The position numbers and the translations under genes are program-made. The notes beneath the pieces are model-generated. The model did not search any database. It had not been told where the DNA came from and saw only the letters and a program-made list of their open reading frames with translations. Positions 13,085-25,399 of a DNA stretch of 64,000 nucleotides are shown here, one piece after another. The stretch comes from Octopus vulgaris (Eukaryota): the NCBI GenBank assembly GCA_951406725.2, contig OX597820.1, positions 85,126,001 through 85,190,000 on the forward strand. The letters run 5' to 3'. Within the stretch, counting starts at the first letter, position 1, and every line of letters starts with the position of its first letter.

Positions 13085-13188
13085 CCTTCTTCTTTCCTGC
13101 TTTCCTGAGCGTCCAATAATACTATATTTGTTCCACGTCCTCGCGTTGTTGTGTTTTTTTGTGCTTTCTTGTTTGGATTAACTTTAAC

Positions 13189-13250
<62 letters not shown>

Positions 13251-14559
13251 TGTGTGTGTGCGTGTGTGTGTGTGTGCGTGTGGTGTGTTTTACTATGTAT
13301 CTATATTCCTTGCAATTCCAGATCTCATAGGATTTGCTTGTACCGAAAACTCTGTCAGCATGAAAATATGCTCTTAACTCATCGACATAGTAATATAATA
13401 TATACGAACATGTTTATGATAATCTCATCGCTCATAATCTACCCGCGCATTTTTATTACCTGTGTGTGTGTTGCAGCTATAATAACCCTGCTGTAGTTCA
13501 AAATCTATGCATCTCAACCTTAAGCTCGAACATTTTCCGCTAGCAAAGACACTAGCACAAGTTTTGTTATTAAATGTTTATGTATGCATAATATTGCTGC
13601 ACTTAAATAGTGTTAGATGTGGAACCGATATATGTTTTATGACTTCGTTTCCTAACATAGCATTTGTAAAGTACGTTACCTTCAAAGACACAATGGAGTG
13701 CTGATTTAATGCTGCAGTATGGGAGTTATTTCAAGCATGTCCTACAGAATCTAGGAAAACAATATTTTCCTGCTCTTTATTCAGGATATTTTCGTCGGTA
13801 ATATTTCTATTTTTAATATTTACGCTGTTAGTGTTAAGGCTAACAAAATTTTGTTGGATATAAGACATTTGAAATTTCGAAATGGGAATGTACTGTGTGA
13901 GATTCTTTAATTCTTCCTTCTGTACGAGTAATAGGATTTTCCTCACTTCCATCATTTTTCGAATTGTTAGTTTTATCACACACTGAGTTGGAAATCTTTA
14001 CCTCCATAGTTTCTTTTGTTGATATGTATTTAATATTTTTTTTTTTTTTTTTTTTTGTTTTTCATTATTCTAAAGATTTTTTCTAGGGAAAAATGTCATT
14101 TATATCAGATTTTGTCTTCTGCTACTTTATAGGTAGGAACCAGACTTTGGGCTTTGTCTAGTTTATGGAATAAACTCAGTAGGTTTAATAATTTTTCAGA
14201 TATTATGGTAGAAAAAGATTGACAGGTGAGGCTTTGTGTATGAGTATTTCCCTAGTAACCGATTGAGAATACTATGTTATTTACAATTTGGTGTTTTTCT
14301 TAAGTATATTAAGGACAACCTTCGATATGATAGTCGTTACATGTTATCCCTACAGAGTGTTAAACGGGATTACCTCTTTAGTTTCTTAGTATTAGCTGCA
14401 CCGGTGATGATTTATTTTAAAGAATTTTTCATATTCTTCTCATCTGCGATTTTAGACACATCATTCTCAACAGAAATTTCTGTAAGCTTTTTTCTTCAAT
14501 CTTCTACCTTGAAGTATATATTAAAATATCTCTCTAAATCTTTGTCTGTACATTTAAGC

Positions 14560-15136
14560 ACATTAATACCTCATTTTAGGATGACCCACTTTTCGAGACC
14601 TCGGATTTACAAGTTTTAGTTTTTCAAGCACAAGATCCAAATTTTGAACAAAGTGCAAAATTTCTACTACCATAACAAATGCGTCTGCGTGTTACCAAGA
14701 AATTTATTGACAGAGAAAAAATGCTTCTTCTAAGCAAACAACTCTAGACTTGTTTTTTTTAAAAATAAATCTGACTACGAGTGTTTGTGAATCAGCGATC
14801 GCGTCTACAAACACGATCTACAAACACGAAGTGATGGTGTGCGCGAGTCTAGTGCGAGTGAAACTGAAAAAGAAAACGATAATAATAACAATATTTTTTT
14901 ATTTATAAATGATCTTGAAATCGTTTTTACTTTACATAAATTATTCTTTTGCGTCTAATATTGTTTTATTACCATTTATTTGCGAGTACTATAAATGTTA
15001 CAAGTAAATATTTTTCTGGGAACGAATTTCGATTCACAACATTGCTACTATGGGAAATTATTGCTCTGCTTTACGAGATTTCATTTTGCGAGAGGTCTTC
15101 GGGAACAAATTAACTCGTATATAGAGTCATTACTCT
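14560..15136. mobile_element. Possible Tigger/pogo-like MITE
   Basis: Left end cattaatacctc. The right end (ctatgggaaatta...ttacgag...ggaacaaattaactcgtatatagagtcattact) resembles Tigger-type subterminal/terminal repeats. Strongly diverged. Confidence 0.4.
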
Positions 15137-15174
15137 ACTTCTACGTGATAAATACTTATGTATGAATGTGTATT

Positions 15175-15370
15175 TCTTTTATCATTTTACTTGTTTCAGT
15201 TATTTTGACTACCGCCATTCCGGAGCACCATCTTTAGTCGAACAAATCGATCCTTGGACGTATTCTTTGTACGCCTAGTACTTATTCCTTGGGTTTCTTT
15301 TGCCGAGCCGTTATGTTACAGTACTTAAACACACCAACATCGGTTGTTAAGCGATGGTGAGGGACAAGCA

Positions 15371-15372
<2 letters not shown>
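15175..15372 (-). mobile_element. 3' half of a bipartite SINE (family of 61575-61920)
   Basis: tttgactaccgccattccggagcacc...tttagtcgaacaaatcga...tagtacttatt...acaccaacatcggttg. Confidence 0.7.
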
Positions 15373-15415
<43 letters not shown>

Positions 15416-15469
15416 TCACACACACACTCACTCACTCACACACATATATACACGATGGGTATATATATA

Positions 15470-16177
<708 letters not shown>

Positions 16178-17168
16178 AAGAAGCAGAAATTCAACAAAAA
16201 ACAAGATACGGAAAAATAGACGATAACATAACAAATGGGAAAGTAGACAAAAACTAGATACATGGACCATCCACAGCAGACATCCTCTTCAGTCTGTTTC
16301 CGAAAAGTCCAAGCAGTTTTGCACTTTTTTACCACTCGAATCAGGTAAGCACCAGAGCTTCAACTTAAAAGCATTACGCTTCTGGGAAAAGCAAACGATG
16401 CATACAAGAACGGAAACAAAAAAGAACACAAGAATAGGAAAGCTAGAAGTATACACATACAACAGACGAACGCCCTTCGGCTATACAACAAAAGGAAAAC
16501 AATTGTACATTTACAAATAAATGAATAACAGAAAAAGTCCTTCGACTATCAGGCGAACGTAACGTGATGAAGTAATAATACAGGTGAAACAGAAAAAGAA
16601 TTATACATATTGAGTAGACTATCACCTTTCGGCTATACAACAAATTGAAAACAATTGTACAATTGTACAAACGTAGTAGGCTGGTGAAGAGGAGAAATGG
16701 AGCATCTTAGCAGACGAAGCGGAAGAACCGAAAACGTGACCGGCCTGGATGACGGCTGGTCGTAAAAGGACAACAATGCATTGGTCGGGCAGCGATCACG
16801 TGGTTGGAGAGGGAAACAGTTGTAGAGGGAAAAGGGATCAAAGTTTAAGAGGGAGGGGAGTAAAGAGAGACTAAGGAATACAAAAGTGGGTAAAGAAACC
16901 ACAGGAACTAAAGAACGAAGAATAGGGGAATAGTGAGGCACAGAGTCAGAGAAAATAAAATAGAAGGGTGACAAGCGAGGAAGGTAAGCAAAGTGATTAA
17001 AGAAGATGAGGGAGGGGAAAAGAGGGCAAACGAATAATAGAGAGGGAAAATGAAATCAGGAGTGGGGAACGAGAAGGAGGGAGAGAGAGAAAGAGAGACA
17101 GACAGAAACAGAAAAGGAAGAAACAAAGGAGTAAAGCGGGGAATGAAAGAGGTGAGAGTCGTATACAA

Positions 17169-17248
<80 letters not shown>

Positions 17249-17377
17249 AAATATATATTTATATATATATAAATAGTTAATCCAAATAAGAAAGCACAAA
17301 AAAACACAACAACGCGATATATATAAATATATATATATATATATTTAAAAAAAGGAGATGTGGAACACGAGTTGTGA

Positions 17378-17700
17378 TATATAAAAAAAGGAAATGAAGA
17401 AAATGCTGACAAAATAATTTAAGTAAGGGAGAGTGTATTTAATTAGGTGAAAGTTATTTACCGGTTGCGCATTTGTTATGCTTATCAAAAGATATTTTTT
17501 TAAGAGCGATAGAGTTCCTTTCTGATATATTTTTTCTCTTATCTGAGAAAAAATCTATCAGAAAGGAACTCTATCTCTCTTAAAAAAATATCTTTTGATA
17601 AGCATAACAAATGCGCAACCGGTAAAAACTTTCACCTAATTAAATACACTCTCCCTTACTTAAATTATTTTGTCAGCATTTTCTTCATTTCCTTTTTATA
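17378..17700. repeat. ~320-bp near-perfect palindrome (PLE-like fold-back) with an HHR-like motif in each arm
   Basis: Arms 17378-17538 and 17545-17700 around a 6-nt spacer, with only a few differences. Motif TTGATAA-GCAT-aacaa-ATGC-GCAA-CCGG-TA at 17595-17624, mirrored at ~17459-17488. Confidence 0.85.
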
Positions 17701-17912
17701 TATATATATATATATATATATAAGTAAATTAAGGGTTTAGCAACGAATTGCCTCACCATCACACCGAATTTAGAAATAGCAGTCAAAGAGGTATAGCTAT
17801 TCCTTCTACTAAAAGGGGGATCTCAGCAAAAACACAGCACTTGAAAGGCAAACACAGACAGGTAAGAAAGAAAGAATGAAATGACAGCAATCTATCATAC
17901 AATTTTAAGTTA

Positions 17913-18004
17913 CCTACGGACGTACGTTTCGAAATCAAGTTTTAGGAAAGCATAAGAATTAGAAAATTCTACCTAACCCAAAATTCTTTTCTCATCGGCG
18001 CAGG
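17913..18004 (-). ncRNA. Type I hammerhead ribozyme (inverted copy)
   Basis: Reverse complement gives CCTGCG [CCGATGA] GAAA..long stem II..TTTC [GAA] ACGTACGT C CGTAGG. Confidence 0.75.
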
Positions 18005-18049
18005 ATACTACAATTATGAATAATTGTATATTATTCATAATTGTAGTAT

Positions 18050-18141
18050 CCTGCGCCGATGAGAAAAGAAGTTTGGGTTAGGTAGAATTTTCTAATTCTT
18101 ATGCTTTCCTAAAACTTGATTTCGAAACGTATGTCCGTAGG
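18050..18141 (+). ncRNA. Type I hammerhead ribozyme, unit 1 (cleavage predicted after C18135)
   Basis: Stem I CCTGCG/CGTAGG (6 bp, one GU); core CCGATGA; stem II closed by GAAA/TTTC with AAGTTT/AAACTT and TTAGG/CCTAA; GAA; stem III AC-gtat-GT; GUC triplet. Confidence 0.75.
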
Positions 18142-18637
18142 TAACTTAAAATTGTATGATAGATTGCCGTCATTTCATTCTTTCTTTCTTACCTGTCTGT
18201 GTTTGCCTTTCAAGTGCTGTGTTTTTGCTGAGAGCCCCCTTTTAGTAGAAGGAATAGCTATACCTCTTTGACTGCTATTTCTAAATTCGGTGTGTTGGTG
18301 AGGCAATTCGTTGCTAAACCCTTAATTACTTAGTATTACTTAAATTTTCCTCGAATGGGGCTTTTACATGCCGAAATCTACTTGGTGTAATTGATAATTA
18401 TTCCAAATTAATTAATTTCACCCTTTATTGTTACTGATAACCATATTTTATCCCAGTAAATGACCACAGCATTTTGTCTTGGCTACACGCGGGTGGAAGG
18501 GGGCTGGTGACACAAACTTTCATTCACACTTTGAATTTCGTGGTACTGGTCATGCTTTGGCTCGCTCTGACACTGAGTTGAGATAGTGCCTTCTAGTATC
18601 TCAAAATTTAATATACAATTATTCATAATTGTAGTGT

Positions 18638-18729
18638 CCTGCGCCGATGAGAAAAGAAGTTTGGGTTAGGTAGAATTTTCTAATTCTTATGCTTTCCTAA
18701 AACTTGATTTCGAAACGTACGTCCGTAGG
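18638..18729 (+). ncRNA. Type I hammerhead ribozyme, unit 2 (cleavage predicted after C18723)
   Basis: As unit 1, with a fully palindromic ACGTACGT stem III. Confidence 0.78.
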
Positions 18730-19225
18730 TAACTTAAAATTGTATGATAGATTGCCGTCATTTCATTCTTTCTTTCTTACCTGTCTGTGTTTGCCTTTCA
18801 AGTGCTGTGTTTTTGCTGAGAGCCCCCTTTTAGTAGAAGGAATAGCTATACCTCTTTGACTGCTATTTCTAAATTCGGTGTGTTGGTGAGGCAATTCGTT
18901 GCTAAACCCTTAATTACTTAGTATTACTTAAATTTTCCTCGAATGGGGCTTTTACATGCCGAAATCTACTTGGTGTAATTGATAATTATTCCAAATTAAT
19001 TAATTTCACCCTTTATTGTTACTGATAACCATATTTTATCCCAGTAAATGACCACAGCATTTTGTCTTGGCTACACGCGGGTGGAAGGGGGCTGGTGACA
19101 CAAACTTTCATTCACACTTTGAATTTCGTGGTACTGGTCATGCTTTGGCTCGCTCTGACACTGAGTTGAGATAGTGCCTTCTAGTATCTCAAAATTTAAT
19201 ATACAATTATTCATAATTGTAGTAT

Positions 19226-19317
19226 CCTGCGCCGATGAGAAAAGAAGTTTGGGTTAGGTAGAATTTTCTAATTCTTATGCTTTCCTAAAACTTGATTTCG
19301 AAACGTACGTCCGTAGG
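19226..19317 (+). ncRNA. Type I hammerhead ribozyme, unit 3 (cleavage predicted after C19311)
   Basis: As unit 2. Confidence 0.78.
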
Positions 19318-20194
19318 TAACTTAAAATTGTATGATAGATTGCCGTCATTTCATTCTTTCTTTCTTACCTGTCTGTGTTTGCCTTTCAAGTGCTGTGTTT
19401 TTGCTGAGATCCCCCTTTTAGTAGAAGGAATAGCTATACCTCTTTGACTCCTACTTCTAAATTCGGTGTGTTGGTGAGGCAATTCGTTGCTAAACCCTTA
19501 ATTACTTAGTATTACTTAAATTTTCCTCGAATGGGGCTTTTACATGCCGAAATCTACTTGGTGTAATTGATAATTATTCCAAATTAATTAATTTCACCCT
19601 TTATTGTTACTTATATATATATATATATATCTCAATACATATATAAATACATACACACGTACACACCTATGTCAATGTGTGTATGTGTGTGTATGATAAA
19701 TTTGTATTTTGTGAAATCTTGTTGCATTCCTTATTAGCAATCGCTGCAAATTTCCAAATATATATTTACGTTAAAACTGGTATATTATGTAGTGATTACA
19801 TGTAGTTCGCAGGTGCAGGATATCTTGATATATACCTTTGACAGAATGAATTGGCATGAGTCGCAAAGTAAAACAGAATACAAAATGAAGATTTCATTAT
19901 AAGTTTAAATTCTTTTGCAATTATTTCAATAACAACTCATTAATTGGATTCTTACACATAGAATACTACGCAAGACTTGTATGTGTAAATTAAACATATT
20001 TTAAATGAGTAGGATTTTCACTTTAATTAGATATTATTTAAGACATATGTCACATAATATGCGAATGCATATTTTCCGTTGCTTACTTCGTTAGAGGTAG
20101 CAAAATGACAATCAGAAGGACCAATGGTAATGACAACAATAGTAGTAACATCAGTAGCAACTATAATAGAATATATTAAAATATATATAATATA

Positions 20195-20236
<42 letters not shown>

Positions 20237-20319
20237 ATAATAATAATCACTTTTACATTCATACTGGTATAACTAAAGTCAATCGTAATTAAAATGAATA
20301 AATAAATTAACAATAATAG

Positions 20320-20500
20320 TTTCAAATTTTGGCATAAGTCCAGCAATTTCGGGGGAATGGGTAAGTCGATTATATCTACCCAAGTTCGCAATTGATGTTT
20401 ATATCATCGGCCCAGAAATGATGAAATGATGAAAATCAAAGTCGACGTTAGCAGGAATTGTAATCAGATGGTAAAGTGGACGAAATTGCGCCAGGCATTT
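20320..20500 (-). mobile_element. Meta-type SINE
   Basis: tttcaaattttggcata...taagtcgattatatcta...aaagtcgac: reverse complement of the family at 4373. Confidence 0.6.
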
Positions 20501-20571
20501 TGCCAGTCGTACTAACGATTCAACAAGCTTCCTGCATTTTATTATTATTATTATTAATAATGAAAATAATG

Positions 20572-20641
<70 letters not shown>

Positions 20642-20649
20642 TAATAATA

Positions 20650-20823
20650 CACCTTCAAGATCATGCGCAGTTCATCTTGATATGAGATCACCATGTTGCA
20701 CACATATGGTTGTGATGCATGTGCCTGCTGTACCCTTATCAGGCCGGTAGTCATGATGGGTATGCTGGGCTTCGTATATTTTACCCCGGTTTCACTTTGA
20801 TCGCATGCACAGCTCTCTCACCC
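20650..20823 (+). mobile_element. Short non-coding element between (AAT)n tracts, probably the 3' end of a TAA-targeting non-LTR element
   Basis: Unique 174-bp segment bounded exactly by (AAT)n at 20565-20649 and 20824-20856. Confidence 0.5.
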
Positions 20824-20856
<33 letters not shown>

Positions 20857-20857
<1 letters not shown>

Positions 20858-21671
20858 GCTGCTCAAGATCAAAGCCTATTAACCCGGAACTACCAGACCA
20901 ATGTGATGAAAAATGGAGCAGACCCAAAATGCCGATTCTGCAACGACATGATTGAAACAGTGGACCACCTAATCTCTGGATGTAAAGTCTTAGCCCAGTG
21001 GAGTATAAATTAAGAGTTGACAGAGTTGGCCAATATCTCCACTGGCTAATAAGTCGGCATTACAATATCAAAACTGCCGACAAGTGGTATAATCACCACC
21101 CTGAGGCTGTAACTGAAGGAGAAAATGTAACCATTCTGTGGGACTTTCCAGTACATACAGACCGAACCATCAAGGCCAATAAACCAGATATTGTTGTGAA
21201 AGACCAAAAAATAAAGTTTGCTTATTCATCGACATGAGCATCCCCTGTGATCATAATATCTCAGCGAAAGAGTTTGACAAGCTCAGAAAATATAAAGACC
21301 TACTCATTGAAATTGAGAAAATGTGGCATCTCAAGGCGGTTACAATACTAGTGATCGTAGGAGCACTAGGAATGATCAAGAAGGGAACCGAAAATTATAT
21401 GAGAATTATCCCTGGCTTACCATCCCTGCAAGAAGTGCAAAAGATTGTCTTAACTGGTAAATCACACGTATTGAGAAGAGCATTCTCGATGTGAGAACTG
21501 TTGCTGCTCATGTATTTTAATTTAACTTTAAAAAAAATATAATTTTTAAATGAACGAACTACTGAGTTTGGTTTAATGGCCTACCATTGTATACTATGAG
21601 TTTCTTTGCCCTAGGAGTCGGGAAGACACTCGGCAAGAAATGGAAGCAAATTTGAAAGAAGAAAAAAAAAA

Positions 21672-21672
<1 letters not shown>
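20857..21672 (+). mobile_element. 5'-truncated R4/Dong-type LINE (CCHC + RLE + 3' UTR)
   Basis: AAQDQSLLTRNYQ...CRFC..ETVDHLISGC, KPDIVVKD, with frameshifts. Close homologue of 1055-1702; (AAT)n on both flanks. Confidence 0.88.
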
Positions 21673-21731
<59 letters not shown>

Positions 21732-22888
21732 GGAGGAAAATGGAAATTCGTATGAATAATAAATTTTAAGTGATGATCAAAATAACTACAAAAAAAACAA
21801 GAAAAATAGGAAATAACGTCTATAACGATGAACGGTATGCGGAACGTCGACAAAGATATAGTTGATTAGGAAAAGTAGATTAAATATATTAGGTGAGAAT
21901 ATATTTGAGTACTTTTCTATTGATATGGTAGCATAAGAAGTTTCAGTCTAAATTGGATCATGAAAATGGCAAAAATATATTAGTGCTGTGCAGTGTATCT
22001 GATGCTCATAGGAAGGTCAGAAAACATCATTTTTGTAGTTTTCATACAAACATGTGCACATGATAATAGTCAGCTGACGCAAACTCTGGTGAACGTGACA
22101 ACAATGTCATTGAGGGTTATTAATGTTACTAATTACGGTATTGGTCAACCCCATTCTGTATTACCAGTGTATTTTGAGATTGCAGTGTTTCCCTTTCAAA
22201 CACACATGAATGCATTTGGAGCGCAAAATGTTGGTCGTTATTCATACAAATTATATTCAAATGATGCGTATGAGCATCATCTAGATGTAGATGTGTGTGT
22301 GTGTGTGTGTGTTTGCGTGTGCATAGACATACATATGCAGGAAGCGGAGGCATAATTGTGTGTGTTTGTGAGTCTTACTGACCGTGTCTGTCTCCCATCA
22401 ACGTCAACTGAAGTGTTTTGCTGAAGATCAATTCGCATTGTTCGATTTGGGAATTGAAACCACCTTCGTACTTTCATGCTACACCGAATCAACTAAATCC
22501 CGTGCATCTACACACACACACACACACATATACATACATGTGTCTGTGTAAGTGTATGTTAGCGTGTATGTGTTGTGTGTGCATGAAGTAATGTGAGTAT
22601 AACAAATAACTTTTGATTCTGATTTAAATTAAAATTGCACAACAGTAGAAACAAACAAAAGATGATTGTGACGTGAATGATATATGTGAATTTAAATACA
22701 CTAACCACATTTTTATAGTACTTTAATACGTAAAGTCTATTAGGATTTTCAATTAATTTCTCATTTTTATTAATGCTACAACAAGTATAGTAAATTATAA
22801 CTTTATTTTATTTATAATATTCTATTTTTGTTTGTATTTTATCGTAATCAACAAACGAATTTAGAAAAACAGAAAAATGTATAATAAC

Positions 22889-22919
<31 letters not shown>

Positions 22920-23058
22920 TTAATAATAATAATAATAATAATAGTAATAATAAATTTCATTATTCTTTCCGCAAGGTGGTAAATAAGCATTTTGTACTTC
23001 ATTTTTAGTATCATTAAATTTAGTTGATTTAAATATAATAATAATAATAATAATAATA

Positions 23059-23115
<57 letters not shown>

Positions 23116-25399
23116 GCATCGTTGTCATCATCATCATTACCAAAGATAGTTTTGCTCTCGTATTGCAAGCTTCAGTGTCAGTTACACTGAGTTTTAACTT
23201 TGCTTTTGATTCGAACGTTTTTTCCCAAAATATGTAAATATGGCTCATTTCCTAACATGTTCCAATCTCCAGACGTGTGTGTAGCTTAGCTCAATTGCCT
23301 GTAAACTGTTTGTGAGGTTTAAGCAGACAAATATTGGATATGTTACAGTTATGTTGCTGTTGACAAATTGTAACCATGCTTATAGGTTATTGTATTCAGA
23401 ATGGATTGTCTCATAACATGAGCTTTTCAGCGGTTACAAATAATAGCATTCGCATGAGCAGCATTTTTCAGTTGAAATATTTTCCCAATCTGTTATTATC
23501 TTACTTTCGAAATTGTTTAATTTAGTGTAATCTATTTGCGTAGGATTATTTTATACTGTTGATTTCAAATATGAATGAAATGGTGCTTCCTGTGACTAAA
23601 GAATCTTGTAACGCATTGAAAAAAAATTAAACGTGTAGATTTTTTGCATATTCTGTCTTACTGTTCGATTTAAAACATGAACTTTATATATGAGAAAGTA
23701 TTATCTCCCTTACAAATATGACCACCCATGGGCTCGTGTTGAAATACTATGGCTGTGAATTCTAATCCATATACACACAACTGATGGCTGCTGCCAAGAT
23801 GTTATGTGCCCGAAAAAATGGGTCTGCTGGCACATAGCGAAGGTTAAACAACTTAGGAATACCAGCGGGAATCCATCTTCTATGCTCGATATGAAAGCAT
23901 AAAAACGGATTTGTGAAATTCGTTCAAGACAATTATAACTACATTCCTGAACTTCTTTAAAAGGCAGATATTCCTTAGAAATATTCAATCTGTATGTACA
24001 AGTTGCCTCTCTTTCTTTCTTTCGTTTTTCTTCCTTTCTTTCTCTCTCCCGTCTCTCTCTCTCTCTCTCTCTCTTTCCCTCTACCTTCTCTTTTACTTGC
24101 TAAACTAGTAACGAATTATGGAGAAAGGGAAGGAAAAGAGACGCATTCTAAACTGTCTCGCTTTGTAAAATGTTTACTTTTTAGTGACAGCTATTCATCT
24201 AGTTATAGTGACTATTATGCTATACTAACTATAACAAATAAGTAATGGCGCTTTACAAGTCTACCTCTCACTAAAATCTTTTGTAGGTTTTTGTATAATG
24301 TAGAAAACATTAAATAGGTCTACTCTGTACATTTCTTTTTTAGTTTTCTATTTCAACTCAGATATCTAACCTCGTAATTATGTATGGGAAGAGATTATCT
24401 CCCTTAGAATAACTGTCTCCAGCGTACCACGTACATCATTATATTTATCGCATATAGGCAAGTCTGTTTGCATTTTCAAGGAAAACATCGGAGAATTCTA
24501 TATTTGTCAGAGAAAAAATATGCTAAAGAAAAAAGAACCTTTATAGTTGGACTATTTTTATACAATTGTAGTAATGACAATATTTCTAATAAAAGGGAAA
24601 GAAAGTGAGTTCCTTTATGCAGAAAGAATGAATTTGACTCGAGGTGGAAATATCCTATATAGTAATCCAGGAACATTATCCTCAAATCTGCCATACTTTG
24701 AATTGCACTAAGAGCAGCTGATGTCGTGGTATAATGCTAAAGCAGACACTGAATTACGTCCAGAGTACAGTCCTACAGGCTTTCCTTCACTAGACTCTTA
24801 TAAGAATTTCTTTAATTTCTTTCACAAAGCTTGCGAGGACGTTCACCTAACTTTGATGGTAATCTGTACATGTTTACGTAGGGGACAACTGAGCTGATTA
24901 CCACACGATTCCAAAACGCACCTAATGTCTACGATTAGCAGGTTGACGCACGGTTCTATGTTTAACCTTATTTGAAACAAATACTCCTTAGTTAATATTA
25001 GATATCGTATGCAAGTTTTCTCCCTGTAAATCTTGGGTTGTTAAGCTAAACAGGCGACTGACTCGTACCTGTCCAAAATTTTCAATACCTTAGTGGAAAA
25101 ATCTGTTGACATTGCAATAAATATGGTCTCTGGAATACTCAGCTGAGGGTCAAATGTGGATTCTTGGTCATACCAATGTATTGTAACTTGATTGACTACA
25201 TGGCACACGCGCACAAATATTTACAAATATGTACACATATACTTAGTATATGCATGCACAAACAAGCATATATATAGCCAGCGCATAACTTACTCGGAAC
25301 CTTTTAAAACATCACAGCGCATGTTTAATGCATAATATAAATTAAAAGAGAGTAGGTTGACAACACATGGCTAAACACATTAGACCCCTTCGCCCTAAT

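Larger units (their letters stand above)
17721..19611 (+). mobile_element. Hammerhead-containing tandem repeat (candidate retrozyme / non-autonomous PLE): inverted 313-bp partial copy + 588-bp units x2.7, in (TA)n
   Basis: Units 18031-18618, 18619-19206 and 19207-19611 (partial) are nearly identical. 17721-18033 is the reverse complement of the unit start. No ORF of 60 aa or more. (TA)n on both flanks. Confidence 0.85.

Noticed and set aside
13731-14619. ORFs of 82 and 127 aa as host or PLE protein
   Set aside because: No recognisable motif; many stops in neighbouring sequence.
16270-16320. Minus-strand GAAAC..CTGAAGA as a type II hammerhead
   Set aside because: Spacing is too short and I could not build stems I and III.
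18031-19611. Tandem array considered as a CRISPR array or ordinary satellite
   Set aside because: No repeat-spacer structure, eukaryotic context, only 2.7 units, and each unit has a ribozyme fold.
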